Assembly (NCBI GenBank): GCA_012295275.1
Contig: CM022665.1
Location: forward strand, 11,036,001 to 11,100,000
DNA from: Chrysomallon squamiferum
Taxonomy: Eukaryota; Animalia; Mollusca
Reading direction: 5' to 3'
DNA length: 64,000 bases
The position numbers and the translations under genes are program-made. The notes beneath the pieces are model-generated. The model saw only the letters and a list, made by a program, of their open reading frames with translations, ran no database searches and had not been told where the DNA came from. This document shows positions 52,116 through 64,000 of the stretch, in pieces (positions within the stretch are counted from its first letter, which is position 1; each line of letters starts with the position of its first letter).

Positions 52116-55100
52116 AGTGTGTCACGTTCTGTGCTGTTATTTATTTATTTTTTTATTTATTTGTTTGTTTAATTATTACTATAATCATCATCATCATTAT
52201 TGCTGTCGTTACTATTATTATATCTTTATTGCAAGAAAACAGTCCCTGCTTCGTAATGTACCTAGCCACACATATACACACACAGCAGTCATACAGAATT
52301 ATTAACTAATCGCAAGCATTAGACAAAATGATATGTTATCCATCATCACAGTAATTGCTTCTGTGAGAAGGCATCTTCTCGAGGTCAATTACAAATCGGG
52401 TTTCAATCTCAAATCTTAATAAGCTTGAAGCAACGCAGTAGAGTGATGAATAATATTCCTCTTGGATTTTCCCCATTTCCTTTCCCTCGATGACCTCTTG
52501 TTGTCTCTGATGCCCATCTTCTTTTCACTTGATCGGACACAGATCAAACTTCAGTCGTTGAACAAGGACAGATGGACAGGGTATTAGCATCATCGGTGAA
52601 ACACGCTGTATTAGTTGCCAGTCCTTCCCGGATTACACAATTTTATTGGGAGACGTGAAAGGGACAACACCGGTTTATGGAAAGACAATGACGACATCGA
52701 ATAAGCAACAAAGCTCGGTTTCCGAGACGCTGGTTTCCAATAATAGCGCGTGTGAAGTGTATTTGGGTTCGGCATATGGCGACCGCGCTCGTGCCCGATG
52801 TTTCTTGGGATTCGTTGAGTGTTTGACCTGTCACTTGTAGCTATGACCTTTTGTTGTTGCTTGGTGTCATCTCTTCCACTCGATTTGGCTAAAATCACTC
52901 CTTGCAACGAAGATGCGAGGCGGACTTAAGATTACCATCACATTAAGTATGGTTAATAAATGATGTGCCATTTCACTTGTTATAAGGCTCATTCTAGAAT
53001 CAATCAAAGATTGAGACAAGATGTAAATATAAAAATTAATCTGAAATGTTAAGATAATGAATAATTATGCAAGATAAACAACACTTAAGTGTTCATAATG
53101 TTTTTCTGATCGAATAATTTGGTTATTTTAGTAAGACAAACAAATCATTGATAACATATTCAAATTTAGATCGTTGAAAGACCTTTGGTAAAATTTTAAT
53201 TCTTTTTTCAATAACTTTCTAGCAAATACTCTAAGTAAATTTATTATAACTACATGTATAATGTAAGTTATAATTAAATGAGAGGAATTCATAAACACTA
53301 TAAACTTTATTTTAACAAATTCATGTAATATAGTCTCTTTTGAACGGACACGTCTAAGACAGACTGTCATTCCAAAACAGTGTTAGAATTAAGCAAAGAT
53401 AAAATGTTGTAGAGATCATTCATCAGCATAGCGAGGCGATCGCACCACCTGTCAGTCTGTATACCGATGTTTAACCACCAAACAACTAGTTCTGCATCAG
53501 TAGTTCCATTACAGGCATCTCATTTTTAATACATGTAGCTGAATTATACTGCGTCTAGTTTACCGATTTCAATCTGTTTCAGATGCATTATAAAATCAGT
53601 TTATACTGGGTGATTGCTTTTTAGATAAAGATGTATTTTATCAACTGTTATAAAATAATGGTACATTTAGTGGCTGTATAAGATCTGTACATAAAGGATT
53701 AATTAATTAACAGTTTTAAATAATATCGATAATATGGTATAGAACTATATTATTCTAAGCTGCTATTCCTAATCTACTATTCTACAGTTAACTACTATTA
53801 CAGCTACTACTATCACCACTATGTTGTTGCTGCTGCTACTACTACTGTATTGCTGCCGCCGCCATCATCATCATCATCATCATCATCATCATAAAGTACG
53901 ACAGAACAAAGCGCATTAAGTCAAGTGCTCGTGTTCTTGTACGGTTTAAAACAACAGATAACCAAATGGATAATCTACACAGGTATCAAATTATTAATAT
54001 TTCATTTATGACAATAACTGGGGAAAAAATAATCCCTGAGTAATAAATAATATTATGTGAAATTACTTCATATATCATAGCCAGACATATCTGTTCACTT
54101 TATTTCATATAATCCATCAAACATTAAAAGACAAAAATAGGATACAGATCTTTATTTCAGGTCGACACAAAACTATAAATAATGTATTCTTTTATTAACA
54201 GCTTATAGGAATCCTAAGAGATATGCATCATAAAGTCACTGAATTTCCACATGAATGTGCGTTCACTCTAAAAAATAAAACAAGACTCATTAATCTCGGA
54301 TATTTTAGAATTATATTTAGATAGCCACCTTTTGATGGTGGCATATTTTTAGCAAATAGTTTTATCTAATGTTTATTGTTGTCTTGGATTTTTTGTTACA
54401 GTGAAAGTCAATGTTTTACAGATTATGCATTTTGATATAATCGCCCAATACGATAGGGAAATATGTATGTTTGTGCGTGCGTATGTATGTATTTAACAAA
54501 CAAGCCCGCGTCTACAGTTAGCTTACCTGCAGTAGCGCACGTAGGCAGAATTTATAATTATTTACATTAAAGGCCCATAGTGAAATTTTACTCGGAATAT
54601 AGTACGCTCCAGGTCTTTTCTATAGGCTAACGGAGTGTAGAAAACGGTAAATTTAAACCCAAACACGAAGGACGTGAATAAAAAACGAAAAATACAGAAC
54701 TACATAACGTCTTCTTTTTTGTCATGATCTAACGGTCACGCTACAGTAATGTTTAACCGTGTCTTGGGCTGGTTTTTTTAACACTGATGTGCTAACTATC
54801 GAGTCTGCGTGGGCTACAGGCTATTAGAAACTTCACTTCATGTTAAATGATCAGCTAACGAACCCCATTACTTTTATTCTGTCTGTCGGATTAAGATTTA
54901 AGCTGGCGTCTTTGGTTGCGATAAAACACCGAGAGTGTGTAATTATGTAGCTGTAGTAACGAACGATGATGCCCCGTGGGGAATATCTTCTTGTGGGAGG
55001 GTTCGGGGAATGTCGTGACGATTAGTCCTTAAGAGTTTTCAGTTTGTGAGTAACAATAGATTTGTTAAAAACGTTACACAACACGACGATGTTTTACGTA

Positions 55101-55199
55101 GGAATGGTCCTTAGCTGTCCGCCTTTGAGTAACGAATTATTTATTTTTAAATATTTTACATATGGAATTTCTTATAACAAACCTGGTGTATGCTTACAG

Positions 55200-55235
<36 letters not shown>

Positions 55236-57252
55236 TTTGATTTTACATGACATATTTATCATGTACAGTCTGATATGATTTGACGTGTAACAGATACAAT
55301 GTTTGAAATTATAATTCGTGAGACAAAATGATAATATCATGAATTTTTATTGATATATAACATGACATAATAATATATGACTTCAACATTTAATATTGTA
55401 TTTATGGCAATATATAGCTTGATGATTTTTTTATTTTTTTATTTTTATTCATGATTTTTATATCATTTGGTGAATTTTTTTTTCTGTAACTTTACATAGT
55501 GACAGTTTTGATTGATTATAGATGATCTTCTGTGTAACGGATCAAATGACATTATGTAATATAATATTCTTTATTTAATGTGAAACTTTATGGTTTTGTA
55601 GCATGTGGTAATATAATATTCTACCATAATATAATATGGACCTATACAGTGTGCATGGTAGCTATGTTAACGTATAATAATAATTTATAAAAGATAAAAT
55701 ATACTTTATATTTTACTCTTGCTATCGGCTTCTGTTATATGATATCGTGTCAAGCTTCATCCTTCTGTATCATTTCGTATTGTATTATAGTACACTGTAC
55801 TGTACACTACCATATTGTGCTGAACTTCACTGCATTCATGTTGTATTGTATTCTGTAATATCGTGTTAATACTGTATTTTATTTGGTTACGCCCCAGACC
55901 TCTCAAACAATAATAGACAAGATGAAAACAAATAGAAAAAGTGAAACACGTCTGACACTAGGCATCCTCTCGACCGCCCAGGGGCACAGACTGGTTTATA
56001 TGAGGGGGGGCGGGTCACTTTAACACCTACAGCAGCCATTAAGTACGCGTCAGTACGAACTTTCTCATCACCCTGTCTTTTTTCTCAGTAACAAGTTTGT
56101 CACGGTCATTGATAAATGCATACATATATGTAGACGTTTAATATACACACAAATACAAATACATAAATGCATGGATAGACATTCACAGAGACAAACAGAC
56201 AGACATTCAGACAGATATACACATATATACATATACATACATACATACATACACACACACATCCATACACACACATACACACACACACACACATACATAC
56301 ACACACACATACATACACATTTGCAATTATTTAAACCGAATTCCTAATGCACTGTAATAACAAGTTCATGAAAAGCTTTGGAAATTATTTCACGTTCTGA
56401 TGGAAAAAACAAAACAAAAAACATTCGTTTAATTGCGAGGCTGACCCGCTGGTAATAGCTCAGTGACCGCTAACATGACGAAATAACCATGACATTACGA
56501 TACGGCAATACTTAATTGTCTCGTTGTGATGGTCTGTAAAAATAAAAGAATATTCGTTATTCTTGGCACGAAGTCAGGATCTTTGAGTTCGAAACCAGCA
56601 ATAGAAAAAGAAATCAATTTTGCAAAGACATTTCGAATTACAATAGCAAAAAGTTTACCAGACGATTCCGGCTAAAACAATTTCATTGTCGCTTCCATCC
56701 GCGCATGACGTCGAATACAAAACATGAGCAGAATAAAGAGAAGAAGAATTATATGTAATCTTCGTTACTTGTTAACCAAATTGATTTCGTTCATGCAGCT
56801 TTAGTTCCTTTTTATTTTCAATTTTCTTCCTCTTATTTGTTTTCTTTCAAAAAAAGATAGAAATAGTCACTAATAATATGTATAATGGATTTTTGAAAAT
56901 GAAGAACCTACGTAACATATATTTTGTTTTTATCAGTTTAATCATTTATGTCCTTCTAGTGGTTGTTGTTGTTTTTTTTTTTTTTTATAAAAATGTTCGA
57001 GAAGAGAAAATAACTATTTTTTGTTCAAGGGTAGATTTTTTTAATTATTATTACTTTTTTTAAAACCGGTCAAATGTCAGTCTCGGTATGTATTTTTTTC
57101 AGAGGAGGTGATCGTTATTTCTGACACATCATTATCATCACTTTTTTCCTCTTTATTCTTTTTCTAAGAAAACGTTTGGTAAATGTTTACTAACACTGAT
57201 TAAGAAGGTTACTTTATATTATATATATTACTACGAATGCCAAAATAGTTTG

Positions 57253-57288
<36 letters not shown>

Positions 57289-57723
57289 CAGTCAGTTTTT
57301 GTCTTCCATTTGTGAAATGCACCAAACAAGTAAATAGTATCTATATGCTTGAGAATCCTTGGACGCGCATGAACACACACACTGAGAAAATCACTTTCTT
57401 TGAAAAGCATGTAAATCTCAGAATTACGGTTAATGGGACTAAATGTTTCTGGTGTAGCCTCTTGTAAACGTCTTCAGTTTCGGCTCGCTTATCGGTATAT
57501 TATGTATAGAATTTCAATTCGGATATTTTTCAGCCATACAAAAGTATCTTCTGAAATCCCCTGGGCTAATAATGAAGGTCCATGTAAACAAATTAATTAT
57601 TGAACGATAGCCAGAAGCAGACAGAAAAATAGATGGATAGACAAGCAGATAAAGACAGACAGACATATATAGAAAGACAGTATGAGAAACGGACTGAAAA
57701 AGAGAGAATAGGAACATATACAG

Positions 57724-57726
<3 letters not shown>

Positions 57727-57778
<52 letters not shown>
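57727..57778. repeat. (GA)n microsatellite
   Basis: Directly visible. Confidence 0.97.
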
Positions 57779-57781
<3 letters not shown>

Positions 57782-59300
57782 GTCTATATACTATATATAT
57801 ATTATATAGAGTATCGCCACTAAAAATCTGTTTTAAACTGTATAAAGACTTCATTATTATATTCTAAATAATGGGTTGGTACTGCATATCCTTGTTCGAA
57901 GACAGATACAGTTTTACAGCAACATTTGTGTTAACTCACCAGTGTTGACAGGAAAATGCAGTTATATCTAATCATACTTTTTTTATATATAATATTGTTT
58001 GTTTATAGAAAAACACTGTTGTATCTAATCATACCCTTTTTCTATATACCATTTGTATTACCCACCACTGTCCATAGACAAATACTGCTAAAATTAACTG
58101 TACAGTCTTTCCCGTGTTTTACTGTATCCACCGGCCATTGCTCGATGGAAAATATTCGCACATCGTACGTAACTATCGAGTCAGTTCTTCCTAATACTTA
58201 ATACTATCTGTGTTGTATGGCGAACTGTGAAGCATTTCGCGACATTCTGAAGACTTGTGTTTATTCTAATAAATATCTAGCATTCTAGACAGGGATGTGC
58301 TCTAGAATGTCCAAGACAAGAACTGTTTATTCTGGATTTTTTTTTTTTTATTACAGAAATAACACCCAGACGAACCACTAACCTACTATGTGAGTGTTTC
58401 TAATACCAGAAAGAAAAAGAAAAAAAAAATCCAGTATCGTATAACAGTTCACTGACCTATGAAGATATCTCCCTTTCTCCTGTTCCGTTATTTATTTATT
58501 AAACACATTGTTATTGCCGTTACAGTATGAGTATATAAATAGTATTAGTTTAACAAGTGTTATCAAAAAAAAAAAAAAAAAAAAAAAAAATGATATATAT
58601 ATATTCAGCATATTATTAATCTGTGGTTAAATGTTATAGTACATACGGTTGAAAACCATGTATATGTGAAAGATGATGCCAAGGACTATTATTGTCATCA
58701 TTTTTTATAATATAGCATCACTGTAAATACAAATAATAATACTAGCAGAATAGTGGTAGTAGATGTAGTAATAGAACTGGTAGTAAGAGTAACAGTAGCA
58801 GTAGTGACTGTAGTAAGTGTTACATAAGCAGCTGCAACACCAGTCGTAGTTGTAGTAGTAGCAGTTATAATAAAAATACTACTTACATTTTTTTTTTAAT
58901 ACTGACATTATTACTGTTGTTCGTATTATTTTTTATTTTATTTTATTTTATTTTATTATTATTTTTTTATTTTTTTGGTGAATGCCCTCCAGAAGGACCG
59001 CATTTTTAAATATTCCGTGACGTTGGAAGACACAAGAGTAATGAGCATCGACGTGAATTTTAGAATTATTTGGATAACTACCTTATATCTTTGGCATATT
59101 TTAGCGAGTGCTTAAATCACGAAGTGTGCAGCACCTGTTTCGTGGTCTCGTGGCTAAATCAATGGTAATCCAAAGAAATAACTTGGCAACGTTTTCTCAA
59201 AGTTACCTCTTACTTAAAGGGCAAAAGAAAATCACTGATGTCTTGTTTTAGTTATGCAGCCGAGGATGTTATTTTGATTTCGTTTCAGTTTATTTTAATT

Positions 59301-59342
<42 letters not shown>

Positions 59343-60939
59343 ATTTAATTTTATTTTACGATACTTTATTTTATTTATTTATATTTTTATTATTAAATCA
59401 TTTTTGTTTTTTGTTTTGTTTTTTAAATAATATTCTGATTTCCGTTTACATCTTATTTATATAGTATATAGTATGTTAAATCCACAAATAATTAAACATT
59501 TTTACTATACGCATTTTTAGTGATCTAATATGCGTGCGTAGATATACAAATTCTGTGTATAATAAAACATAATTCACGGACACGCACGTAATACGTACAT
59601 ATACCCGTATGTGTGTCTATATATATGTACATGGGTATGTATGGATGTAGTAGTATATAATGTACCAGTAATTCAGTATAACAATAACAAAACATGAGAA
59701 AAAAAAAATAAATAAAAAAAAAAATAAAAAAGGAAGAAACGAAGAGGACAAACATATTAAAATGCATAGTTCTAGCCCAGCTATACAAGTCGCATACCTG
59801 TGAAATAAATAACCCTCAGTTTGAGTCTACAAACAAAAAACATTGGTGGGAAAAGTACACCTTGTCTTATCCCACTACGAAACAAAGTTCATTCTTGAGA
59901 ATTAATCTTAATTAAAGTCAGTAACTCTATCAACATACAGATTAACGTGCTAACGAGTCGATTTCGTAAAATTCTGACATCGGTTCTTGCTCGCAGTGAA
60001 AACAACACAATATTTATTCATTTACAGTCCTAATAACGCAAGCAAGCAAAAAGCGCCAAATACCACAGGCGGCAAACAAGCGACCCGTCTAGATTCTTCA
60101 TCAGCTCATTCCACAGATTTCTGCCGTAAGAGCAAATTTGTGTCCTTTCTGTCCACTGCAAGCCTTGTTTGCGAAGGCAACACAAACTGTTTGACTCTCT
60201 TGTGATTTTCAGCACTCGAGTCTCACACACTTGTTTCATTCTTCGAGCGTTTTATTTTGACGCAAAGATGCGGAAAATGTTCGTAGTTTGTCCTTGTTTT
60301 TAGGGACGTTTACATGTTTAAGGCCGAAACAAATTTAACATTTGCTGTTGTAAAACAAAGCGGCATACCTGACGTTTTCATTTAATGAAGCTTTTCATGT
60401 GTACGTGTGCTACAAGAAACCGTATGAAGATATCGATTGCCTTTGAAGCGTCGTTTTTCGTTGTGGAAAATTAAAATAATAAAGAATCAGTATATTATTT
60501 TCTTTCTGTATGTCATTAGAAACTTGTTCTCGGGTTATTTTAAGGATTCAGTTGATGGCTGCTGGCTTGGTTAGATAAATATTAGAAAGACAAATAAATG
60601 ATTAACTCCCTTTTCGAACTCTTTCATTTTTAGAAAACAGGAAACATTGAGTCGAAAAAAAAAGAAGACATATTGTTTTTACTTCTGCTGCTGCTGCTAC
60701 TACTACTTTAATAATAATAACAACGATAACGACCACGACGGGAACAGTATAATAACTACAAACATCACCAACAATAATAGTAACAACCGTAATAATAATA
60801 ATAATAATAAGTACCAAACAACATCATAAACAATTTAAAAACTATTTGTTTCTGTTTTTCTCTCATTTTAAAATAAAATTGTTTTATTGGTCCTCTCATT
60901 TTTTTTTTTTTTTTTTTTTCTTGCATTTATTTATTTATT

Positions 60940-61125
60940 TTTTAAAACACATTTTTTTTTTTCTTTCATGCATATATTCAGGATCTCACTAATTTATCTC
61001 TATACCTAAACCTTGCATATATTCAGGATCTCACTAATATATCTCTATCTAAAACACATATTGTTTTTTTTTTCTTTCCTGCATATATTCAGGATCTCAC
61101 TAACATATCTCTATACCTAAAACCC
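60940..61125. repeat. Three-copy tandem duplication (46-66-bp period)
   Basis: TGCATATATTCAGGATCTCACTAA..TATCTCTAT at about 60969, 61014 and 61080. Confidence 0.9.
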
Positions 61126-62589
61126 TTTTTTTTTTTTTTTTTTTTTTGTTCAGTTGCTCAACGTCTCTGACTAGTTTGGCTTAATGCAGAGCTTACAACA
61201 GTTGGCGCCGAAAAGTGGGGACTGGTTCTGTTAAAACCAGAATGAAATACGAGTGTGTAATCCAGCAGCTTCGTTAGACTGAAGTGGTTACAGGTTACAC
61301 TCGACTTTGCGGTCCTCAACACCTGTGACTGACAGGCGCTTCAAATGCATGTATGATGGTCCAGGGGTTAAAAGCTTCATTTTTTGAAATTTCTGATCTC
61401 CTTTCCACTGATCAAACCAAGAAGACGGAAGTTTGAGTAATAAGAAAAAAATTCCTAGAGAGAGAGAGAAAAAAAAAAAAAAAGAAGAAGAAGAAAAAAA
61501 ACGAGAGTGTGTATGTGTGATAATTTTTCTATCTTTATATATGTATATATATATATATTAAAAGAAACGGATTGTTGTTGTTGTTGTTATTTATGCACAT
61601 ATATCATAAATAAATAAATAAAGGAAAAAGATTTATATCATAATTTATTAATATTTTAATGTAATTAACTAGCTGTATGCATGCAATATCATAAATAATA
61701 AATATATTCTTTTTATAACTACGATTTCTTTTCGGTAATAAATTCAACATAAAAAAAAAAATAAGTAAAAAAAAAAAAAATAATAAAAGAAAAAGAAAAA
61801 GAAGGAGAAAAAAAAAAAAAAAAAAAAAGAAAGAAAAAGAAAAATAACCTTTGCGTTACATCGATCTCTTCAGAAATATTATACATACACAAATAAACTA
61901 TTGTATCCCAGCATTAGCTGTGTTGAGGTTAAGCTACAAGACTGAACTCCCCAAAGTTATTTAGATAGATATAAATCTGCTACATAGTCTCTTTGTTTCT
62001 AGACAATTAGTTAATGAAGCTTTTCATATACCGCTAATTATTATTATTATTGTTGTTGTTGTTGTTGTTCATCATCATCATCATCATCATTATTATTATG
62101 AAAAATAATAAAAAAATTAAAAACATTTTGTATCACTTTCTCAAACAATTCAGATTCCTGGATTGTTTGCCCAGTTTAGGCGTGCTTAACAACATTTTCC
62201 TCTGATTATTAGCACGTTACAATGTCCCGATCGGTCTCAGCTGTCATATAAAGAATGTTTAAAAGTAAACATTTTTAAAAAAGAGGTTATAATTCACACA
62301 CAGAATACGTTCTACCGCTATATCTAAAAATACAATCAAGAAAAAACTTAGTCACTGTATACAACGGGATTCTTTGAAGTGATATTTCCATCAGTAATTT
62401 GATATTTTCATGCTGTGTTCTTTTGTGGTTTGTTTTCTGAGGATGTCGTGAAAATACATAAACACCTCAATTGTATGTCTAGTTAACGTATCTTTTAGTT
62501 ACTACTGACTAAATATTTTAGATTCTGTTCGCGAATACTCGCGCCTCCGTTATCTTGTGTCGAATGCCTGTTATAAAGATAAGGAATGT

Positions 62590-62694
62590 ACATACATATA
62601 TATACATATATATATATATAAATATATATAAATATAAATATACACATACACACACACATTTATATACATATATGTATGTGCGTATGTGTGTGCG

Positions 62695-62765
<71 letters not shown>
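62590..62765. repeat. (TA/CA/TG)n then (GA)n compound microsatellite
   Basis: Directly visible. Confidence 0.95.
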
Positions 62766-62768
<3 letters not shown>

Positions 62769-64000
62769 TTAAAGCCATCATTTCATCCATGAGTACCCAT
62801 GTTAACACACATCTTACAACTTGTATGAACTCAATACAACCTGTAATGTTTTTTTCACTGCATTTTATAATGATTAAATTTTTTAGCTAGTATCAGGATT
62901 TTGGAGATATTAATCATTATTTGCATAAATTTTAGAAACAGTCAAAATAGATAAATAGATCTGTTAGACGAAGATACACGTTTTTTCTTTTTTTTTTAAA
63001 AACAAGAAAAACGTTCTTTATAATATTGAACAAGACACAGAATAATAATCAACAAAAAGAACACGAGGGAAAATAAAAAATGTACTAGTGCATGAAAGGA
63101 AAGGAACAAATGGAAATGAAGAGCTCAATTCTACAATGACTAATGGACATGAAGTGTATATTATGTTAATAACAACTGTCAGCAAAGAGCGTATAAAAAC
63201 ACCTGCGATGTGAAACGTATTTGTACGTGATTTTAAAATTGTTTTCTCTTTGAACGCAGCTGAATCACGGTCTTAAGAATAGAGTGTTCAGTGCACCTGT
63301 TGACCTTCTAGTAATCACTAGGTAACGCTGTAATATCTCCTTTAATACCCACCTAACAATACAAAACGGTATCCCGCTAGCAGTAACGTTCAACAATGGC
63401 CGCCACTATTCGACTGGTTGATAACGTCTGCTATTGATGAGAACGTTATACGCTTCTGTCTGTTGGTTTTGAAGCGGCTTGTTTCACAGTGTCCAGTCGC
63501 TTCATCATCATCATCTTTTTTTTTCCCCCTCTTTATCTGTCAGATCAGACTAGAATTTCAACACGAGTGTTTGATAACAGTTTCTTTAAAATACAAAACC
63601 TTTATTATTTACGTTGTGGAAAACAAATAATAATAAAACGAAACTTACTGGCGTTTCCTATATTTGCACTTAGTATTACAGTAAAATCAAAAGAAATGGG
63701 TTTTCTTTTCCTCTGAGTGGTTCACGTAGTACAGATCTTCCTCTTTTTCACAAATTTCTCATTTAGTTAAAAAAAAATAAATAAAATAAAAAAAAATAAA
63801 AGAGAAATTTGTCTGAAATTTTAAAAGTTATAACTTATTGTAAAAGATTGAAAGAAAGAGTAAAAACCTGTTAATAATAATACAGTAGAAATCTAAATTA
63901 ATGAACGAAAAAAATATGTGACTAATTTTATGTTAATGTTTAGATTGAATATACAGTTTAAATCTTAGTGTTCAGTTTGAAAATAATTTTTAATAAATGA

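Noticed and set aside
52611-52907. 98-aa ORF and two overlapping ORFs
   Set aside because: Non-ATG starts and no domain similarity; ORF length is explained by locally high GC.
56445-56600. tRNA-like TAGCTCAGT ... GAGTTCGAAACC boxes
   Set aside because: Spacing is too long and the stems do not pair; at most a decayed SINE or tRNA fragment.
57938-57975. ATG...CTG|GTGAGT as a possible third signal-peptide exon
   Set aside because: Only 12 codons and phase 0, so it is incompatible with the phase-1 exon 2, and it lies in a local duplication.

Overview
AT-rich, intron-rich animal genomic DNA, not prokaryotic; the dispersed SINE family suggests a gastropod mollusc, but that is recalled similarity and is inference. 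The window holds the 5' part of one minus-strand gene, a NELL1/NELL2-family secreted protein (signal peptide, TSPN/laminin-G domain, CxxC plus coiled coil, first VWC repeat). I assembled seven phase-compatible GT-AG coding exons (43714-43780, 22237-22368, 8885-9035, 5875-6148, 4065-4137, 2569-2651, 1127-1258; 912 nt, 304 codons); three of them are absent from the ORF track, and the gene continues beyond position 1. The main findings are: (i) a second candidate first exon at 24948-25008 encoding an unrelated signal peptide, with its own promoter-like CpG patch; (ii) an abrupt CpG-poor to CpG-rich switch at about 39.5 kb, consistent with a gene-body methylation border and also visible in SINE copies; (iii) a triplicated intron/exon-2 junction that leaves two decoy acceptors leading to premature stops; (iv) a 5'UTR intron whose acceptor choice would include or remove two overlapping uATGs. 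The rest is degenerate SINEs, minisatellites and microsatellites, and almost all listed ORFs are low-complexity artefacts. I found no evidence of a novel multi-gene system.
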